Source: an uncultured Neomegalonema sp.
Lineage (GTDB): Bacteria; Pseudomonadota; Alphaproteobacteria; Rhodobacterales; Rhodobacteraceae
Assembly: GCA_937928005.1 (NCBI GenBank)
Contig: CALFVD010000055.1
Span: 3,516-67,515, forward strand
Length of the DNA: 64,000 bases
Direction of reading: 5' to 3'
Shown: positions 46,913 through 56,875 of the stretch, piece by piece
Position numbering within the stretch: the stretch's first letter is position 1
How the letters are laid out: the number at the start of each line of letters is the position of its first letter
The notes under the pieces: generated by a model
Seen by the model: only the letters and a program-made list of their open reading frames with translations
Database searches by the model: none
Told to the model about the DNA's origin: nothing
Translations under genes and position numbers: made by a program

Positions 46913-48043
46913 ATGCTCGTGACAATCGAAACCATAGACGATGTTCTGCCCCATCTAACATTGGGCAACGGGATTAGCGTGCTGGACCGTCCCGGCAATC
47001 ACAAGACCATTGATTACGGTTACCAGACGAATGATACGTTCGACTCGGATATGGCGCTACAATGCCGAGGGCTGAAATTCGATTCCAACGGGCGGATTAT
47101 CGCGCGGCCTTTTCACAAGTTCTTCAACATCTACGAGCGTGAAGACCCTACCCAGATCGACTGGTCACGCCCCCATGTCATCATGGACAAGATGGACGGG
47201 TCCATGGTGCATCCGGCGATGCTGAACGGCGAGATGGTGTTCATGACGCGGATGGGGGTAACGCGCCATTCCGAAGCGGCCTATGCCCATGCCACGGCGG
47301 GCGTACTTGACCTCTGCCGCGCAGAGATTGCGGCGGGTCGCACGCCGATGTTTGAGTATACGGGACCAGAAAACCGGATCGTGCTGGCCTATGATGCTCC
47401 GGCGTTGACCCTACTCGCCAGCCGGGAAATGGTGTCGGGCGCATATCTGTCGCATGATGCGTTGTTGGCGCTGGGCGAGCGGTTTGGGGTGGCGGTTGCC
47501 GCGAGTTTTGGTTCGGTTGCGGAGATTCGGGCATTCATCGAGGAAAGCCGCGCCCTGCCCGATATCGAGGGTTATGTAATTGCCTTCGATGATGGACATC
47601 GGTTGAAGCTAAAGACCGATGGATATGTCTTGCGCCACCGCGCCTTTGCGGGGCTGCATAACGAGAAGAACGTGTTGAACTGGGTGGTCGAGGATGCGGT
47701 GGATGACGTGATCCCGCTAATCTCGGAAGAGGCTGGCGACCGCGTAAAAGCTTATCGTGATGCAGTGATGCGCTCGGTCATGCAGCATGTTGCAACTATC
47801 GAAGGGTTTCATGCCGCGCACAAAGACGGGCCACGCAAGGACTACGCGATTGCGGCAGGAAAAACCCTGCCCAAGCCTCTCGTATCGGCGGCGTTCGCCG
47901 TGCTGGATGGTGGCTCGGCGCGCGATGCCGTGATGAAGCATCTTGCTTGGGCTGGGCATTCGGAAACACGGGTGGATCAGGTGCGCAAGCTCTACGATCT
48001 GTCGTGGTCGACCGAGGGGTTTGCGGAACCTGAAGCAACGTGA
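46913..48043 (+). CDS. ATP-dependent RNA ligase, T4 Rnl1-type
   Basis: Nucleotidyltransferase motifs in order: KMDGS (I, KxDG), FEYTGPENRIVLAY (III-like), IEGYVIAF (IV, EGxV) and LKLKT (V). 376 aa, similar in size to phage T4 RnlA. GGAGAAAAG RBS before the ATG at 46913. Confidence 0.8.
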   Translation: MLVTIETIDDVLPHLTLGNGISVLDRPGNHKTIDYGYQTNDTFDSDMALQCRGLKFDSNGRIIARPFHKFFNIYEREDPTQIDWSRPHVIMDKMDGSMVHPAMLNGEMVFMTRMGVTRHSEAAYAHATAGVLDLCRAEIAAGRTPMFEYTGPENRIVLAYDAPALTLLASREMVSGAYLSHDALLALGERFGVAVAASFGSVAEIRAFIEESRALPDIEGYVIAFDDGHRLKLKTDGYVLRHRAFAGLHNEKNVLNWVVEDAVDDVIPLISEEAGDRVKAYRDAVMRSVMQHVATIEGFHAAHKDGPRKDYAIAAGKTLPKPLVSAAFAVLDGGSARDAVMKHLAWAGHSETRVDQVRKLYDLSWSTEGFAEPEAT

Positions 48044-48050
48044 ACGATTT

Positions 48051-48080
48051 CGGACCGGGCCTTAATAAAGGCCCGGTCCG
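48051..48080. terminator. 11-bp-stem hairpin between convergent genes
   Basis: CGGACCGGGCC-TTAATAAA-GGCCCGGTCCG. There is no strong U-tract on either side. Confidence 0.45.
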
Positions 48081-48085
48081 GTTGC

Positions 48086-48373
48086 TTAAACTCCCTCCAC
48101 GATGACGATTTCCGAGGCGGAATAGGCTTGGCGCAGTTTGGCGGCCTCTTGGTATCCGGCGGAGTTGTAGCATTCGAGCGCGCGGGCGTAGCTGTCGAAC
48201 TCAACCACCACATGCCGCGAGCGAATCGTGCCTTCTGGGCCTTCGCAAGCGCCACCCCGTACAAGGAACGTACCGCCGAATTCTTCAAGGACGGGGGTAT
48301 CAAGCTTTACGTATTCCGGGTAGTGCTCAGCATCGGTAACATCGACGTGAACGATCCAGTAACCTTTAGGCAT
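48086..48373 (-). CDS. DUF1330-domain protein
   Basis: MPKGYWIVHVDVTDAEHYPEYVK...FLVRGG...VVVEFDSYARALECYNSAGYQEA is the DUF1330 pattern. 95 aa. Confidence 0.85.
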   Translation of the reverse strand: MPKGYWIVHVDVTDAEHYPEYVKLDTPVLEEFGGTFLVRGGACEGPEGTIRSRHVVVEFDSYARALECYNSAGYQEAAKLRQAYSASEIVIVEGV

Positions 48374-48411
48374 GTCTTGTTTCCTGACAAAAGTTTTCGG
48401 CGAAAGGGCGC

Positions 48412-49320
48412 ATGGTGAATCAGATCGAAGAATACGAAGAACGCAAGAAACTTCGGCGTAGCCGGTTTCGCTGGCGCATCCTCGCTGTGCTCGCCCTGCT
48501 GGTGGTGGCGGGCATGGTAATGGCCCGGATGCCCGAAGAGAAGGGGCCGCATGTGGCGCGCTTTGATGTGGACGGCGTTATCACGAGCGATCTGGACCGG
48601 GCCAAGCTATTGAGCGAAATTGCGGAAGACGACGATATCGAAGCACTGGTGGTGCGAATCAATTCGCCGGGTGGCACCGTGACAGGGTCGGAAGAGCTTT
48701 ACGATTCGCTACGCGAAATCGCCGAGAGCAAGCCAGTCGTCGCGACGATGGGCGATGTGGCGGCATCGGGTGGCTATATCACCGCACTGGCCGCCGATCA
48801 GGTCTTTGCGATGAGCAACACCATCACCGGCTCGGTCGGCGTGATCTTTCAGGTGCCGAATGTGCATGAGTTGATGGGGAAGGTCGGCGTGCAGATGGTC
48901 GAAATCAAAAGCGGGGTATTGAAGGCCGAACCAACGCCGTTCAAGCCCGTAGATGAGCACGTGATCGACGCCGAGAGAGTGCTGGTCGAAGATTCCTTCG
49001 ATTGGTTCGTTGGGCTGGTGAAAGAGCGGCGGGAAATCGGCGATAACGCGATGGCGGAGATCAAGCAAGGCGGCGTGTTCACGGGGCGCATGGCGCTGGA
49101 GCGGGGGCTGATTGATGGGCTTGGCGGGCTGGAGGAAGCGCGCGCATGGCTGATGGCCGAACATGAGGTGGATGACGATCTTAAGCTGGTGATTTATGAG
49201 GTGCCCTCAGACACGCCTTCGCCCCTCGGTTTTCTACTGGGTGATGAGGCGAATACGGCGCTTGATGTGTTTGGCCTACGCGCGAGATTGGCACCCGGCC
49301 TATGGGCGATTTATCGCTAA
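48412..49320 (+). CDS. sppA: Signal peptide peptidase SppA (36K type, S49)
   Basis: N-terminal TM anchor, INSPGGTV, and ASGGYITALAAD (catalytic Ser region). Confidence 0.9.
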   Translation: MVNQIEEYEERKKLRRSRFRWRILAVLALLVVAGMVMARMPEEKGPHVARFDVDGVITSDLDRAKLLSEIAEDDDIEALVVRINSPGGTVTGSEELYDSLREIAESKPVVATMGDVAASGGYITALAADQVFAMSNTITGSVGVIFQVPNVHELMGKVGVQMVEIKSGVLKAEPTPFKPVDEHVIDAERVLVEDSFDWFVGLVKERREIGDNAMAEIKQGGVFTGRMALERGLIDGLGGLEEARAWLMAEHEVDDDLKLVIYEVPSDTPSPLGFLLGDEANTALDVFGLRARLAPGLWAIYR

Positions 49321-49446
49321 ACCGAACGTTAAGCTTGCTGTGAATCGCTATAAAGGTTGACGACCCCGCCCCGGCGCGGTGTAGTTGAAAGTATTAAGGA
49401 ACTCGGACTCGCCGTATCATAGCGGGACGAGACACGGAGTACGCGC

Positions 49447-49743
49447 ATGATCAAATCTGAACTGATCGCCATTCTCGCCGAAGAGAATCCTCACCTCTAC
49501 CAGCGCGATGTCGAGCGGGTTGTCTCGACCGTGTTCGAGACAATCACCGATGCAATGGCCGAAGGCGACCGTGTCGAGCTACGCGGTTTTGGCGCGTTCT
49601 CGGTCAAGGAACGCGAAAGTCGCATGGGGCGTAACCCACGCACAGGAGAGGCCGTTCCAGTGCCCGCCAAGCAAGTGCCTTTCTTCAAGACAGGCAAAGA
49701 GTTGCGCGAAAGACTTAATAAGGATTATAACGGAGGGGATTAA
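49447..49743 (+). CDS. ihfB: Integration host factor subunit beta
   Basis: MIKSELI...[46 protein letters not shown]. Confidence 0.95.
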   Translation: MIKSELIAILAEENPHLYQRDVERVVSTVFETITDAMAEGDRVELRGFGAFSVKERESRMGRNPRTGEAVPVPAKQVPFFKTGKELRERLNKDYNGGD

Positions 49744-49764
49744 CCCCCTGCGAGGCAAGCCGCC

Positions 49765-50085
49765 ATGCGATTCTTGACGATCCTGATCTCGATATTCGTG
49801 GGCGTCATCCTATGCGCGATATTCATCGGCAATGGTCATGGCGTGCTGGTCAATCTCGAACCTTTCGTGACACGACCCGCACCACCAACGACGCCCTACC
49901 GTGTCATGCCGCTCTGGGTAGTGATGATTTGCTGTGCTGGAATCGGCGCTTTGCTCGGCTATTTGCTGGGTGCGACAAGCGGATATCATTACAAACCACC
50001 AATTGTAAAAACGCCCGATGCCGTGAAAAAGCATGAGCCCGATTATCTGCTGGTTAATTCACCATTAGATCGCCGCCAGTCGTGA
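49765..50085 (+). CDS. LapA/DUF1049-family inner-membrane protein
   Basis: Two TM helices, in the conserved position between ihfB and trpF. Confidence 0.65.
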   Translation: MRFLTILISIFVGVILCAIFIGNGHGVLVNLEPFVTRPAPPTTPYRVMPLWVVMICCAGIGALLGYLLGATSGYHYKPPIVKTPDAVKKHEPDYLLVNSPLDRRQS

Positions 50086-50714
50086 CGGCAGCGAAAATAT
50101 GTGGATTATCAACACCTGAAACGGTTGCCGCAGCGGTGAGGGCCGGGGCGCGGTTCGTTGGGTTTGTGTTCTATCCCCCCTCCCCTCGGAATATCAGTGC
50201 CGATGATGCGCTGGCGCTGGCCGCTGAGGTGCCGCCGGGTGTGGGTAAGGTGGGGTTATTCGTCGATCCAAACGATAATGATCTCGATGCCGTGCTGGCC
50301 AAAGTGCCGCTCGATTTCATACAAGTGCATGGGGTGGCCGATCCTGAACGCCTACGCGCCATTCGCGCACGGGCAGGCTTGCCCCTGATTGTAGCGCAGG
50401 CGGTTGCTTGCGCAGAAGATGTGGATACGGGGCTGGCGCTGGCCGGAACCGCAGACATGTTGCTCTTCGATGCGAAACCAGCGGCGGGCGGGGGCTTGCC
50501 GGGGGGCAACGGGGTCGCGTTCGATTGGCGGTTGCTCTCAACCCGGCGCATTTCAGTGCCATGGATGCTGGCAGGTGGACTGACCCCGGATAACGTGGCG
50601 CAGGCGGTCATGCTGACCGGCGCGAAGATGGTCGATGTCTCTTCCGGTGTTGAAAGCGCCCCCGGTATCAAGAATGCCGATGCGATCCACGCATTTGTGG
50701 CAGCGGCGGGATAA
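50082..50714 (+). CDS. trpF: Phosphoribosylanthranilate isomerase
   Basis: KICGL start, FVFYPPSPRN, IQVHG and LAGGL motifs. The GTG start overlaps the lapA-like stop. Confidence 0.9.
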   Translation: MTAAKICGLSTPETVAAAVRAGARFVGFVFYPPSPRNISADDALALAAEVPPGVGKVGLFVDPNDNDLDAVLAKVPLDFIQVHGVADPERLRAIRARAGLPLIVAQAVACAEDVDTGLALAGTADMLLFDAKPAAGGGLPGGNGVAFDWRLLSTRRISVPWMLAGGLTPDNVAQAVMLTGAKMVDVSSGVESAPGIKNADAIHAFVAAAG

Positions 50715-50900
50715 AGGCCGACGGGAATTCTGGGCTATCCTGTCGCCGCATCTCCTTGCCGTATATCATGTGAGGCAAACGGGCAGGTGCGTTCGGCACC
50801 AGAGTTCCTCTTGACATTATGCGCCATCCCTCGCGCTATGTCGTCTAAGGGTTGTAAAGATGGCCCGTGAAATAACGATACTGCTAGGGAGAGTGACAAC

Positions 50901-52214
50901 ATGACCATCCGCAAGACACTTATAGCCGCCACCACCATCACTGGCCTGCTAACGGGGGCCGCCCATGCAGCGACCGAAATCGAATGGTGGCACGCCTTTA
51001 CCGGGCGTCTCGGCGACCTGCTGGCCGAGCAGATTCAGACGTTCAATGACAGTCAGGACGAATACGTCATCAAAGGCTCGCATAAAGGCAATTATTCCGA
51101 GACGCTGAATGCCGGAATCGCGGCTTTTCGCGCCAAGGAACAGCCGCATATGCTGATGGTGTTTGAGGTCGGCACGGCGACGATGATGGCGGCAAAAGGC
51201 GCGATTGTGCCGGTCTATGAACTGATGGACGATACCGGCAAGGATTTCGATCCTGATGCGTTTATGGGTGCGGTCAAAGGCTATTACACGACCACGGATG
51301 GCAAGATGCTGTCGCTGCCCTACAACTCCTCCACCCCGGTTCTCTACGTGAACAAAGACGCGCTATCCGACGCTGGCTTGAACCCGGATATGGACCTGTC
51401 AACATGGGAAAATGTGGGCGCGGCCCTCGATGCGCTGAAGGAATCGGGCCATGAATGCCCGCTGACAACGGCGTGGCAGAGTTGGATTCATCTCGAAAAC
51501 TTTGGCGCGTGGCATGATACGCCCTTTGCGACCAAGGATAACGGCTTTGCGGGCACCGATACGGAACTGGCCTTCAACGGCCCAATGCACGTCAAACACA
51601 TCCAAACGATGGGTGATTGGGCGAAGGACGGCAAATTTATCTATGCGGGCCGCCGCAACGAGGGCGGGGCACGCTTTCGCGCCGGGGAATGCGCATTCTT
51701 CACCGAAAGCTCCGCCGGGTATGCGGGCGTGAAGAAAGAAGCGGAATTCGACTTCGCAATCCGCCCCCTGCCCTATTACGTCACTGCACCGAAAGCGCCG
51801 CAGAACACGATCATCGGTGGGGCGTCGCTATGGGTCATGGCCGGTCACAAAGATGAGGAATATGCGGGTGTTGCGGAATTCCTGAACTTCCTGTCCTCCT
51901 CGGAGATTCAGGCGAAGTGGCATCAGGATACCGGCTACCTGCCCATCACCAACGACGCCGCTGCGCTGACCAAGGAGCAGGGTTTCTACGACGAGAACCC
52001 CGGCACTGAGATCGCCGGAATGCAGATGACCACCAAAGCACCAACTGGCAACTCCAAAGGCTTACGCCTCGGTTCCTTTGACCAGATTCGCGGGATCATC
52101 GACGAGGAACTCGAAGCCGTATGGTCCGGCGATAAGGACGCGCAGGAAGCGATGGATAGCGCCGTGAAGCGCGGCAATGCCCTGCTGCGCCGTTTTGAGC
52201 GGTCGGCGAAATAA
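50901..52214 (+). CDS. ugpB: sn-Glycerol-3-phosphate ABC transporter substrate-binding protein
   Basis: Signal peptide, then EIEWWHAFTGRLGDLLAEQIQTFNDSQDEY, typical of UgpB. Followed by ugpAEC. Confidence 0.85.
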   Translation: MTIRKTLIAATTITGLLTGAAHAATEIEWWHAFTGRLGDLLAEQIQTFNDSQDEYVIKGSHKGNYSETLNAGIAAFRAKEQPHMLMVFEVGTATMMAAKGAIVPVYELMDDTGKDFDPDAFMGAVKGYYTTTDGKMLSLPYNSSTPVLYVNKDALSDAGLNPDMDLSTWENVGAALDALKESGHECPLTTAWQSWIHLENFGAWHDTPFATKDNGFAGTDTELAFNGPMHVKHIQTMGDWAKDGKFIYAGRRNEGGARFRAGECAFFTESSAGYAGVKKEAEFDFAIRPLPYYVTAPKAPQNTIIGGASLWVMAGHKDEEYAGVAEFLNFLSSSEIQAKWHQDTGYLPITNDAAALTKEQGFYDENPGTEIAGMQMTTKAPTGNSKGLRLGSFDQIRGIIDEELEAVWSGDKDAQEAMDSAVKRGNALLRRFERSAK

Positions 52215-52221
52215 GAAGTAC

Positions 52222-52299
52222 GTAGCCCCGCACTTGATGCGGAGCCTCGACCGGCAACGCACCGCTGATCGAGGCTCCGGGTCGGGTCCGGGGCTGCGG
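52222..52299 (+). repeat. Nested long hairpin in the ugpB-ugpA spacer
   Basis: Outer GTAGCCCCG/CGGGGCTGC and inner GGAGCCTCGA/TCGAGGCTCC (10 bp) stems. Confidence 0.5.
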
Positions 52300-52308
52300 T
52301 AACTCGAC

Positions 52309-53190
52309 ATGCAAAAACGCGCCGTCTTCCGTAATCGCTGGCTGCCCTATCTGCTGGTTGCTCCGCAATTATTGGTCACGCTCGTCTTCTTTTTCTGGCC
52401 AGCGGGACAGGCAATCTGGCAATCGCTTTATCTGCCTGACCCGTTTGGATTATCGGAAGAGTTCGTCGGGCTGGAAAATTTCCGTTTTCTGCTGGGTGAT
52501 CCCTATTACCTCGCCTCGTTCCAGACGACCGCCGTATTCTCGATCCTCGTAACCGTCCTGTCGATGGGGGTCGCGCTCTATCTCGCGGTTCTTGCGGATC
52601 GGGTGATTAAGGGATCGGGTATCTACCGCACGCTGTTGGTATGGCCCTATGCCGTCGCGCCCGCCGTGGCCGGGGTATTGTGGCTGTTCATGTTCAATCC
52701 GTCGCTGGGCGTCATCACCTACTGGATGAAGGTGATGGGGTATGACTGGAACCATGTGCTCGATGGGGGCGAGGCGATGACGCTGGTGGTCATGGCCTCG
52801 GCATGGAAGCAGGTGAGCTATAACTTCCTGTTCTTCCTCGCCGGTTTGCAATCCATCCCTAAATCCGTGATCGAGGCGGCGGCGATAGACGGGGCGAGCT
52901 TTGCCCGGCGGTTCTGGACCATCGTGTTCCCGCTGCTGTCGCCCACCACATTCTTCTTACTGGTCGTTAACGTCGTCTACGCCTTCTTTGAGACATTCGC
53001 GGTGATCCATACCATTACGGGCGGGGGGCCGCGTCAGGACACGATGATCCTCGTCTACAAGGTCTTTGCGGATGGTTTCGTGGGTCAGGATCTAGGGTCA
53101 AGCGCGGCGCAGTCGGTAATCCTGCTGTTCCTCGTCGGTATCTTGACGGTGATCCAATTCCGATTCATCGAACGGCGGGTGCATTACTGA
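52309..53190 (+). CDS. ugpA: sn-Glycerol-3-phosphate ABC transporter permease
   Basis: MalF/UgpA-type permease with an [23 protein letters not shown] loop. Confidence 0.9.
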   Translation: MQKRAVFRNRWLPYLLVAPQLLVTLVFFFWPAGQAIWQSLYLPDPFGLSEEFVGLENFRFLLGDPYYLASFQTTAVFSILVTVLSMGVALYLAVLADRVIKGSGIYRTLLVWPYAVAPAVAGVLWLFMFNPSLGVITYWMKVMGYDWNHVLDGGEAMTLVVMASAWKQVSYNFLFFLAGLQSIPKSVIEAAAIDGASFARRFWTIVFPLLSPTTFFLLVVNVVYAFFETFAVIHTITGGGPRQDTMILVYKVFADGFVGQDLGSSAAQSVILLFLVGILTVIQFRFIERRVHY

Positions 53191-54044
53191 TGGCGCAGAA
53201 ATCGGGCATGGTCGAACGACGCGGCTGGGGAATGGTGCTGACGCATCTGGGGCTTATACTTGGCATCCTGTTGATCTGCTTTCCGATCTGGTTCGCCTTC
53301 GTGGCCAGCACAGTGACGCAGGACGATATTATCCGCCCGCCCATGCCGCTCTGGCTGGGTCCGCATCTGGTGGAGAATTACACCCGCGCCCTGACTTCCG
53401 GGGTCAATGCGCCCGTTTCGACCATGTTGTTCAACTCGACGGTCATGGCGCTCGGCATTACACTGGGTAAGATCATCATTTCGATCCTCAGCGCCTTCGC
53501 CATCGTCTATTTTCGGTTTCCGGGGCGGATGATCTGCTTCTGGCTGATCTTCCTCACGCTAATGTTGCCCGTCGAAGTGCGGATTGTGCCGACCTATGAG
53601 ATCGCGGCGCGGCTTGACCTGCTCAACAGTTATTCGGGCCTGATCCTGCCGTTGATTGCCTCGGCCACTGCGACATTTCTGTTCCGGCAGTTGTTCTTGA
53701 CCATCCCTGAGGAAATCGCGGAGGCCGCGCGGATCGACGGAGCCGGGCCGATGCGCTTCTTCCTCGATATCCTGCTGCCCATGAGCCGCACGAATATCGC
53801 CGCGCTGTTCGTGATCCTCTTCATCTTTAGCTGGAACCAGTATCTCTGGCCCCTGCTCATCACCACCGAACCGGAGATGAACACCATCGTCATGGGCATC
53901 AAGCAGATGTTCCCTTCGGGCGATGACTGGGCCGACTGGCCGGTCATCATGGCGACCGCAATGTTGGCCATGCTGCCCCCCGTGGCGGTTGTCTTGTTCA
54001 TGCAGCGGTTGTTCATCAAGGGTCTTGTGGAAAGCGAGAAGTAA
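53190..54044 (+). CDS. ugpE: sn-Glycerol-3-phosphate ABC transporter permease
   Basis: MalG/UgpE-type permease with an [23 protein letters not shown] loop. Overlapping start/stop with ugpA. Confidence 0.9.
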   Translation: MAQKSGMVERRGWGMVLTHLGLILGILLICFPIWFAFVASTVTQDDIIRPPMPLWLGPHLVENYTRALTSGVNAPVSTMLFNSTVMALGITLGKIIISILSAFAIVYFRFPGRMICFWLIFLTLMLPVEVRIVPTYEIAARLDLLNSYSGLILPLIASATATFLFRQLFLTIPEEIAEAARIDGAGPMRFFLDILLPMSRTNIAALFVILFIFSWNQYLWPLLITTEPEMNTIVMGIKQMFPSGDDWADWPVIMATAMLAMLPPVAVVLFMQRLFIKGLVESEK

Positions 54045-55048
54045 TGGCGTCGATCACCCTACGCAATGTGCGCAAATCCTATGGCAAGACCGATGTAATC
54101 CACGGCGTCGATCTCGATGTGGCAGATGGCGAGTTGATCGTGATCGTTGGGCCTTCGGGCTGCGGCAAATCCACCCTGTTGCGGATGGTGGCGGGGTTGG
54201 AGACGATTACGAGCGGCGAGATCAGCATTGATGGGCGGGTCGTCAATGAGCTGGAACCGCGCGAGCGCGATATCGCGATGGTGTTCCAGAACTACGCCCT
54301 CTATCCGCATATGAGCGTGCGCAAAAACCTCGCCTATGGCCTGAAAATCGCCAAGACCCCCAAGGACGAAATCACCCGCCGGGTCGATAAGGCCGCCACA
54401 ATGCTGCAACTAAGCGATTATCTCGACCGTAGGCCGCGTGAATTATCGGGAGGACAGCGCCAGCGCGTAGCTATGGGGCGGGCGATTGTGCGTGAACCGA
54501 GCGCGTTCCTGTTCGACGAGCCGCTCTCCAATCTTGATGCAAAACTGCGCGTGCAGATGCGGATGGAAATCCGCAAACTCCAGCGTGAATTGGGCATCAC
54601 CTCGCTCTATGTCACCCATGATCAGGTAGAGGCGATGACGATGGCGGATCGGGTCGTCGTGATGAATGCCGGTGTGGCGGAGCAGATTGGCCCGCCCTTA
54701 GAGATATATAACAATCCGGCAACGCTGTTCGTGGCGGGGTTCATCGGCTCCCCCCCGATGAATTTTATCGACCCCACGCTGCTTGGTGATGCGCAATCGG
54801 GCATAGCAACCCTTGGCGTGCGCCCTGAGCACGTGACGCTTACATCCCCGTCAGACGGTCGCATTACGGGAACGGTGACGTTCTGTGAAGCACTCGGTGC
54901 CGATACGCTGGTGCATGTAGAGCCAAAGCACGGAACACCTATTATCGCCCGAACTGACGGTTCAATAGTCGAACCGGGTCTTGAGGTCGGGCTATCCTTC
55001 GACCTCGATAAAACCTGTGGATTCGATGCCGAAGGACGGCGGGCGTAA
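54044..55048 (+). CDS. ugpC: sn-Glycerol-3-phosphate ABC transporter ATP-binding protein
   Basis: Walker [10 protein letters not shown], signature LSGGQRQR, Walker [12 protein letters not shown], and a MalK-like C-terminal domain. Confidence 0.9.
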   Translation: MASITLRNVRKSYGKTDVIHGVDLDVADGELIVIVGPSGCGKSTLLRMVAGLETITSGEISIDGRVVNELEPRERDIAMVFQNYALYPHMSVRKNLAYGLKIAKTPKDEITRRVDKAATMLQLSDYLDRRPRELSGGQRQRVAMGRAIVREPSAFLFDEPLSNLDAKLRVQMRMEIRKLQRELGITSLYVTHDQVEAMTMADRVVVMNAGVAEQIGPPLEIYNNPATLFVAGFIGSPPMNFIDPTLLGDAQSGIATLGVRPEHVTLTSPSDGRITGTVTFCEALGADTLVHVEPKHGTPIIARTDGSIVEPGLEVGLSFDLDKTCGFDAEGRRA

Positions 55049-55147
55049 TACTGACTATAAATACTCATCTTCTGTTTAAAGGGTGAAATTGCGGTATTTT
55101 ATACTCAAGCACTATAATCTTTTTTGTTCTCGACTTTCATTTTTCCT

Positions 55148-55912
55148 TTAACGCGCCGCCATCCGAATAGCCCCATCCAGCCGCACCACTTCCCCGTTCA
55201 TCATCTGGTTCCGCGCGATGTGTTGGACCAGCATGGCGAATTCGTCGGGGTTGCCCAGCCGGGGCGGGAAGGGGACGGTCTTGCCCAAGCTATCCTGCAC
55301 CTCCTGTGGCAGCCCTTCCAGCATCGGTGTCAAAAACAACCCCGGCGCAATCCCCATCACCCGCACGCCGTCGCGGGCCAAGTCCCGCGCCATCGGCAGG
55401 GTCATCGCCGCTACTGCCCCTTTCGACGCCGCATAGGCCACCTGTCCGACTTGCCCCTCATAGGCGGCGACCGACGCTGTATTCACCAGCACTCCCCGCT
55501 CGCCGCCTCCCATCGGCTCGGCCCCGACCATCCCCTCGGCGGCGATGCTGGCGACGTGGAACGCGCCCATCAGGTTGATCGCCATCGCCTTCGCGAACAG
55601 CGCCGGGTCATGGGCCACCCCCTTGCCCACCGTCTTCGCGCCGGGGGCGATGCCTGCACAGGTCACGGCCAGCCGCGCGACCCCATGCGCCGCTCGCGCC
55701 GCTTCCACAGCCGTCCTTACGCTACCCGCATCGGTCACATCCGTCGCAATGAACAGCGCCCCGCAATCGCCTGCGACCCGCTCCCCCCGTTCCATATCCA
55801 CATCGAGAATTGCGACCGGGCATCCGGCTTTCCGCAGCCGCCGCACGGTCGCCTCGCCCAGACCGGAAGCGCCGCCGGAAACGAGAGCGGGGGTGGAGGC
55901 GTCGAGATGCAT
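55148..55912 (-). CDS. SDR-family oxidoreductase (3-hydroxyacyl-CoA dehydrogenase type-2-like)
   Basis: VSGGASGLG cofactor motif and YAASKGAV catalytic YxxxK. Start at MHLDASTPAL. Confidence 0.85.
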   Translation of the reverse strand: MHLDASTPALVSGGASGLGEATVRRLRKAGCPVAILDVDMERGERVAGDCGALFIATDVTDAGSVRTAVEAARAAHGVARLAVTCAGIAPGAKTVGKGVAHDPALFAKAMAINLMGAFHVASIAAEGMVGAEPMGGGERGVLVNTASVAAYEGQVGQVAYAASKGAVAAMTLPMARDLARDGVRVMGIAPGLFLTPMLEGLPQEVQDSLGKTVPFPPRLGNPDEFAMLVQHIARNQMMNGEVVRLDGAIRMAAR

Positions 55913-55987
55913 GGCGTGTCCTTTTTTGCGGGCCTGTCCTTGTTCTAAGGTCTGGACGGACAAAAGGCGATATGGTGTGTTCGCCCC

Positions 55988-56875
55988 ATGAATATCTCCG
56001 CCAAACCCGACTGGATCGCCGCCGATTGGGGCACGTCGCGCTTGCGCGTCTGGGCGATGGAGCAGGGCGGTGCGGTGTTGGATCGGCGCTCCTCTGATCA
56101 GGGGATGGGCGGATTGGCCCCCGATGCATTCGAGGGTGTGCTGTTATCCCTCATCAACGATTGGCTGGACCTAGATACACCCGTCATCGCCTGCGGCATG
56201 GTCGGCGCGCGACAAGGGTGGGTCGAAGCGCCCTATGTCCCATGCCCCGGCCCCCCGCTGGCCGGACCTTTCACCCTCGCCCCCGTGAGCGACCCGCGCA
56301 TCGCCGTCCACATCATCCCCGGCATGGCGCAGGTCGATCCGGCGGATGTGATGCGGGGCGAGGAGACGCAGGTAGCGGGGCTGCTGGTGCGCGAATCGGA
56401 TTTTGCGGGTACACTCTGCCTACCGGGCACGCACACAAAATGGGTGCGAATTGCGGATGGGACGGTGACAGGCTTTACCTCCTGTATGACCGGCGAGGTT
56501 TTTGCGCTGCTCTCGACACACTCGATCCTACGCCATTCTTTCGGCACGGCCCCCGTCGACCCGCTAATCTTTACGCAGGCATTGAGCCAGGGTGGCGAGG
56601 TTTTGCCGCGTCTGTTCAGCATCCGCGCTGACGATTTGCTGCATGGTATTCACCCGGATATCGCCCGTGCGCGCCTGTCGGCAATGCTAATTGGGGCAGA
56701 GGTTGCGGCGATGGCCGGGGAAGGTGAGGTGGCGCTGTTGGGCGATCCCATCCTGACAGACCTTTATACAATCGCTTTGGAATGGGCGGGCCGCACCGTG
56801 CGTGTCTTGGACGGTGAAACCCTAACTTTGGCCGGATTAACCGCCGCCCACGACCTGCTGGAGAATAAGCCATGA
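55988..56875 (+). CDS. dgoK: 2-Dehydro-3-deoxygalactonokinase
   Basis: WIAADWGTSRLRVWAM N-terminus and GEETQVAG, typical of DgoK. Overlaps dgoA (ATGA). Confidence 0.85.
   Translation: MNISAKPDWIAADWGTSRLRVWAMEQGGAVLDRRSSDQGMGGLAPDAFEGVLLSLINDWLDLDTPVIACGMVGARQGWVEAPYVPCPGPPLAGPFTLAPVSDPRIAVHIIPGMAQVDPADVMRGEETQVAGLLVRESDFAGTLCLPGTHTKWVRIADGTVTGFTSCMTGEVFALLSTHSILRHSFGTAPVDPLIFTQALSQGGEVLPRLFSIRADDLLHGIHPDIARARLSAMLIGAEVAAMAGEGEVALLGDPILTDLYTIALEWAGRTVRVLDGETLTLAGLTAAHDLLENKP

Noticed and set aside
50715-50900. Pho box upstream of ugpB
   Set aside because: There is only a weak CTGTCGC...TCTCCTT pair at 11-bp spacing. This does not convincingly match the CTGTCAT-N4-CTGTCAT pattern, so no call was made.
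55124-55948. 274-aa plus-strand ORF opposite the SDR gene (similar cases at 56616-57161, 43468-44130, 18316-18873, 13386-13919, 28667-29257 and 31452-32069)
   Set aside because: These are antisense shadow ORFs with Arg/Pro/His-rich translations. In each case the opposite strand carries a recognisable protein family.
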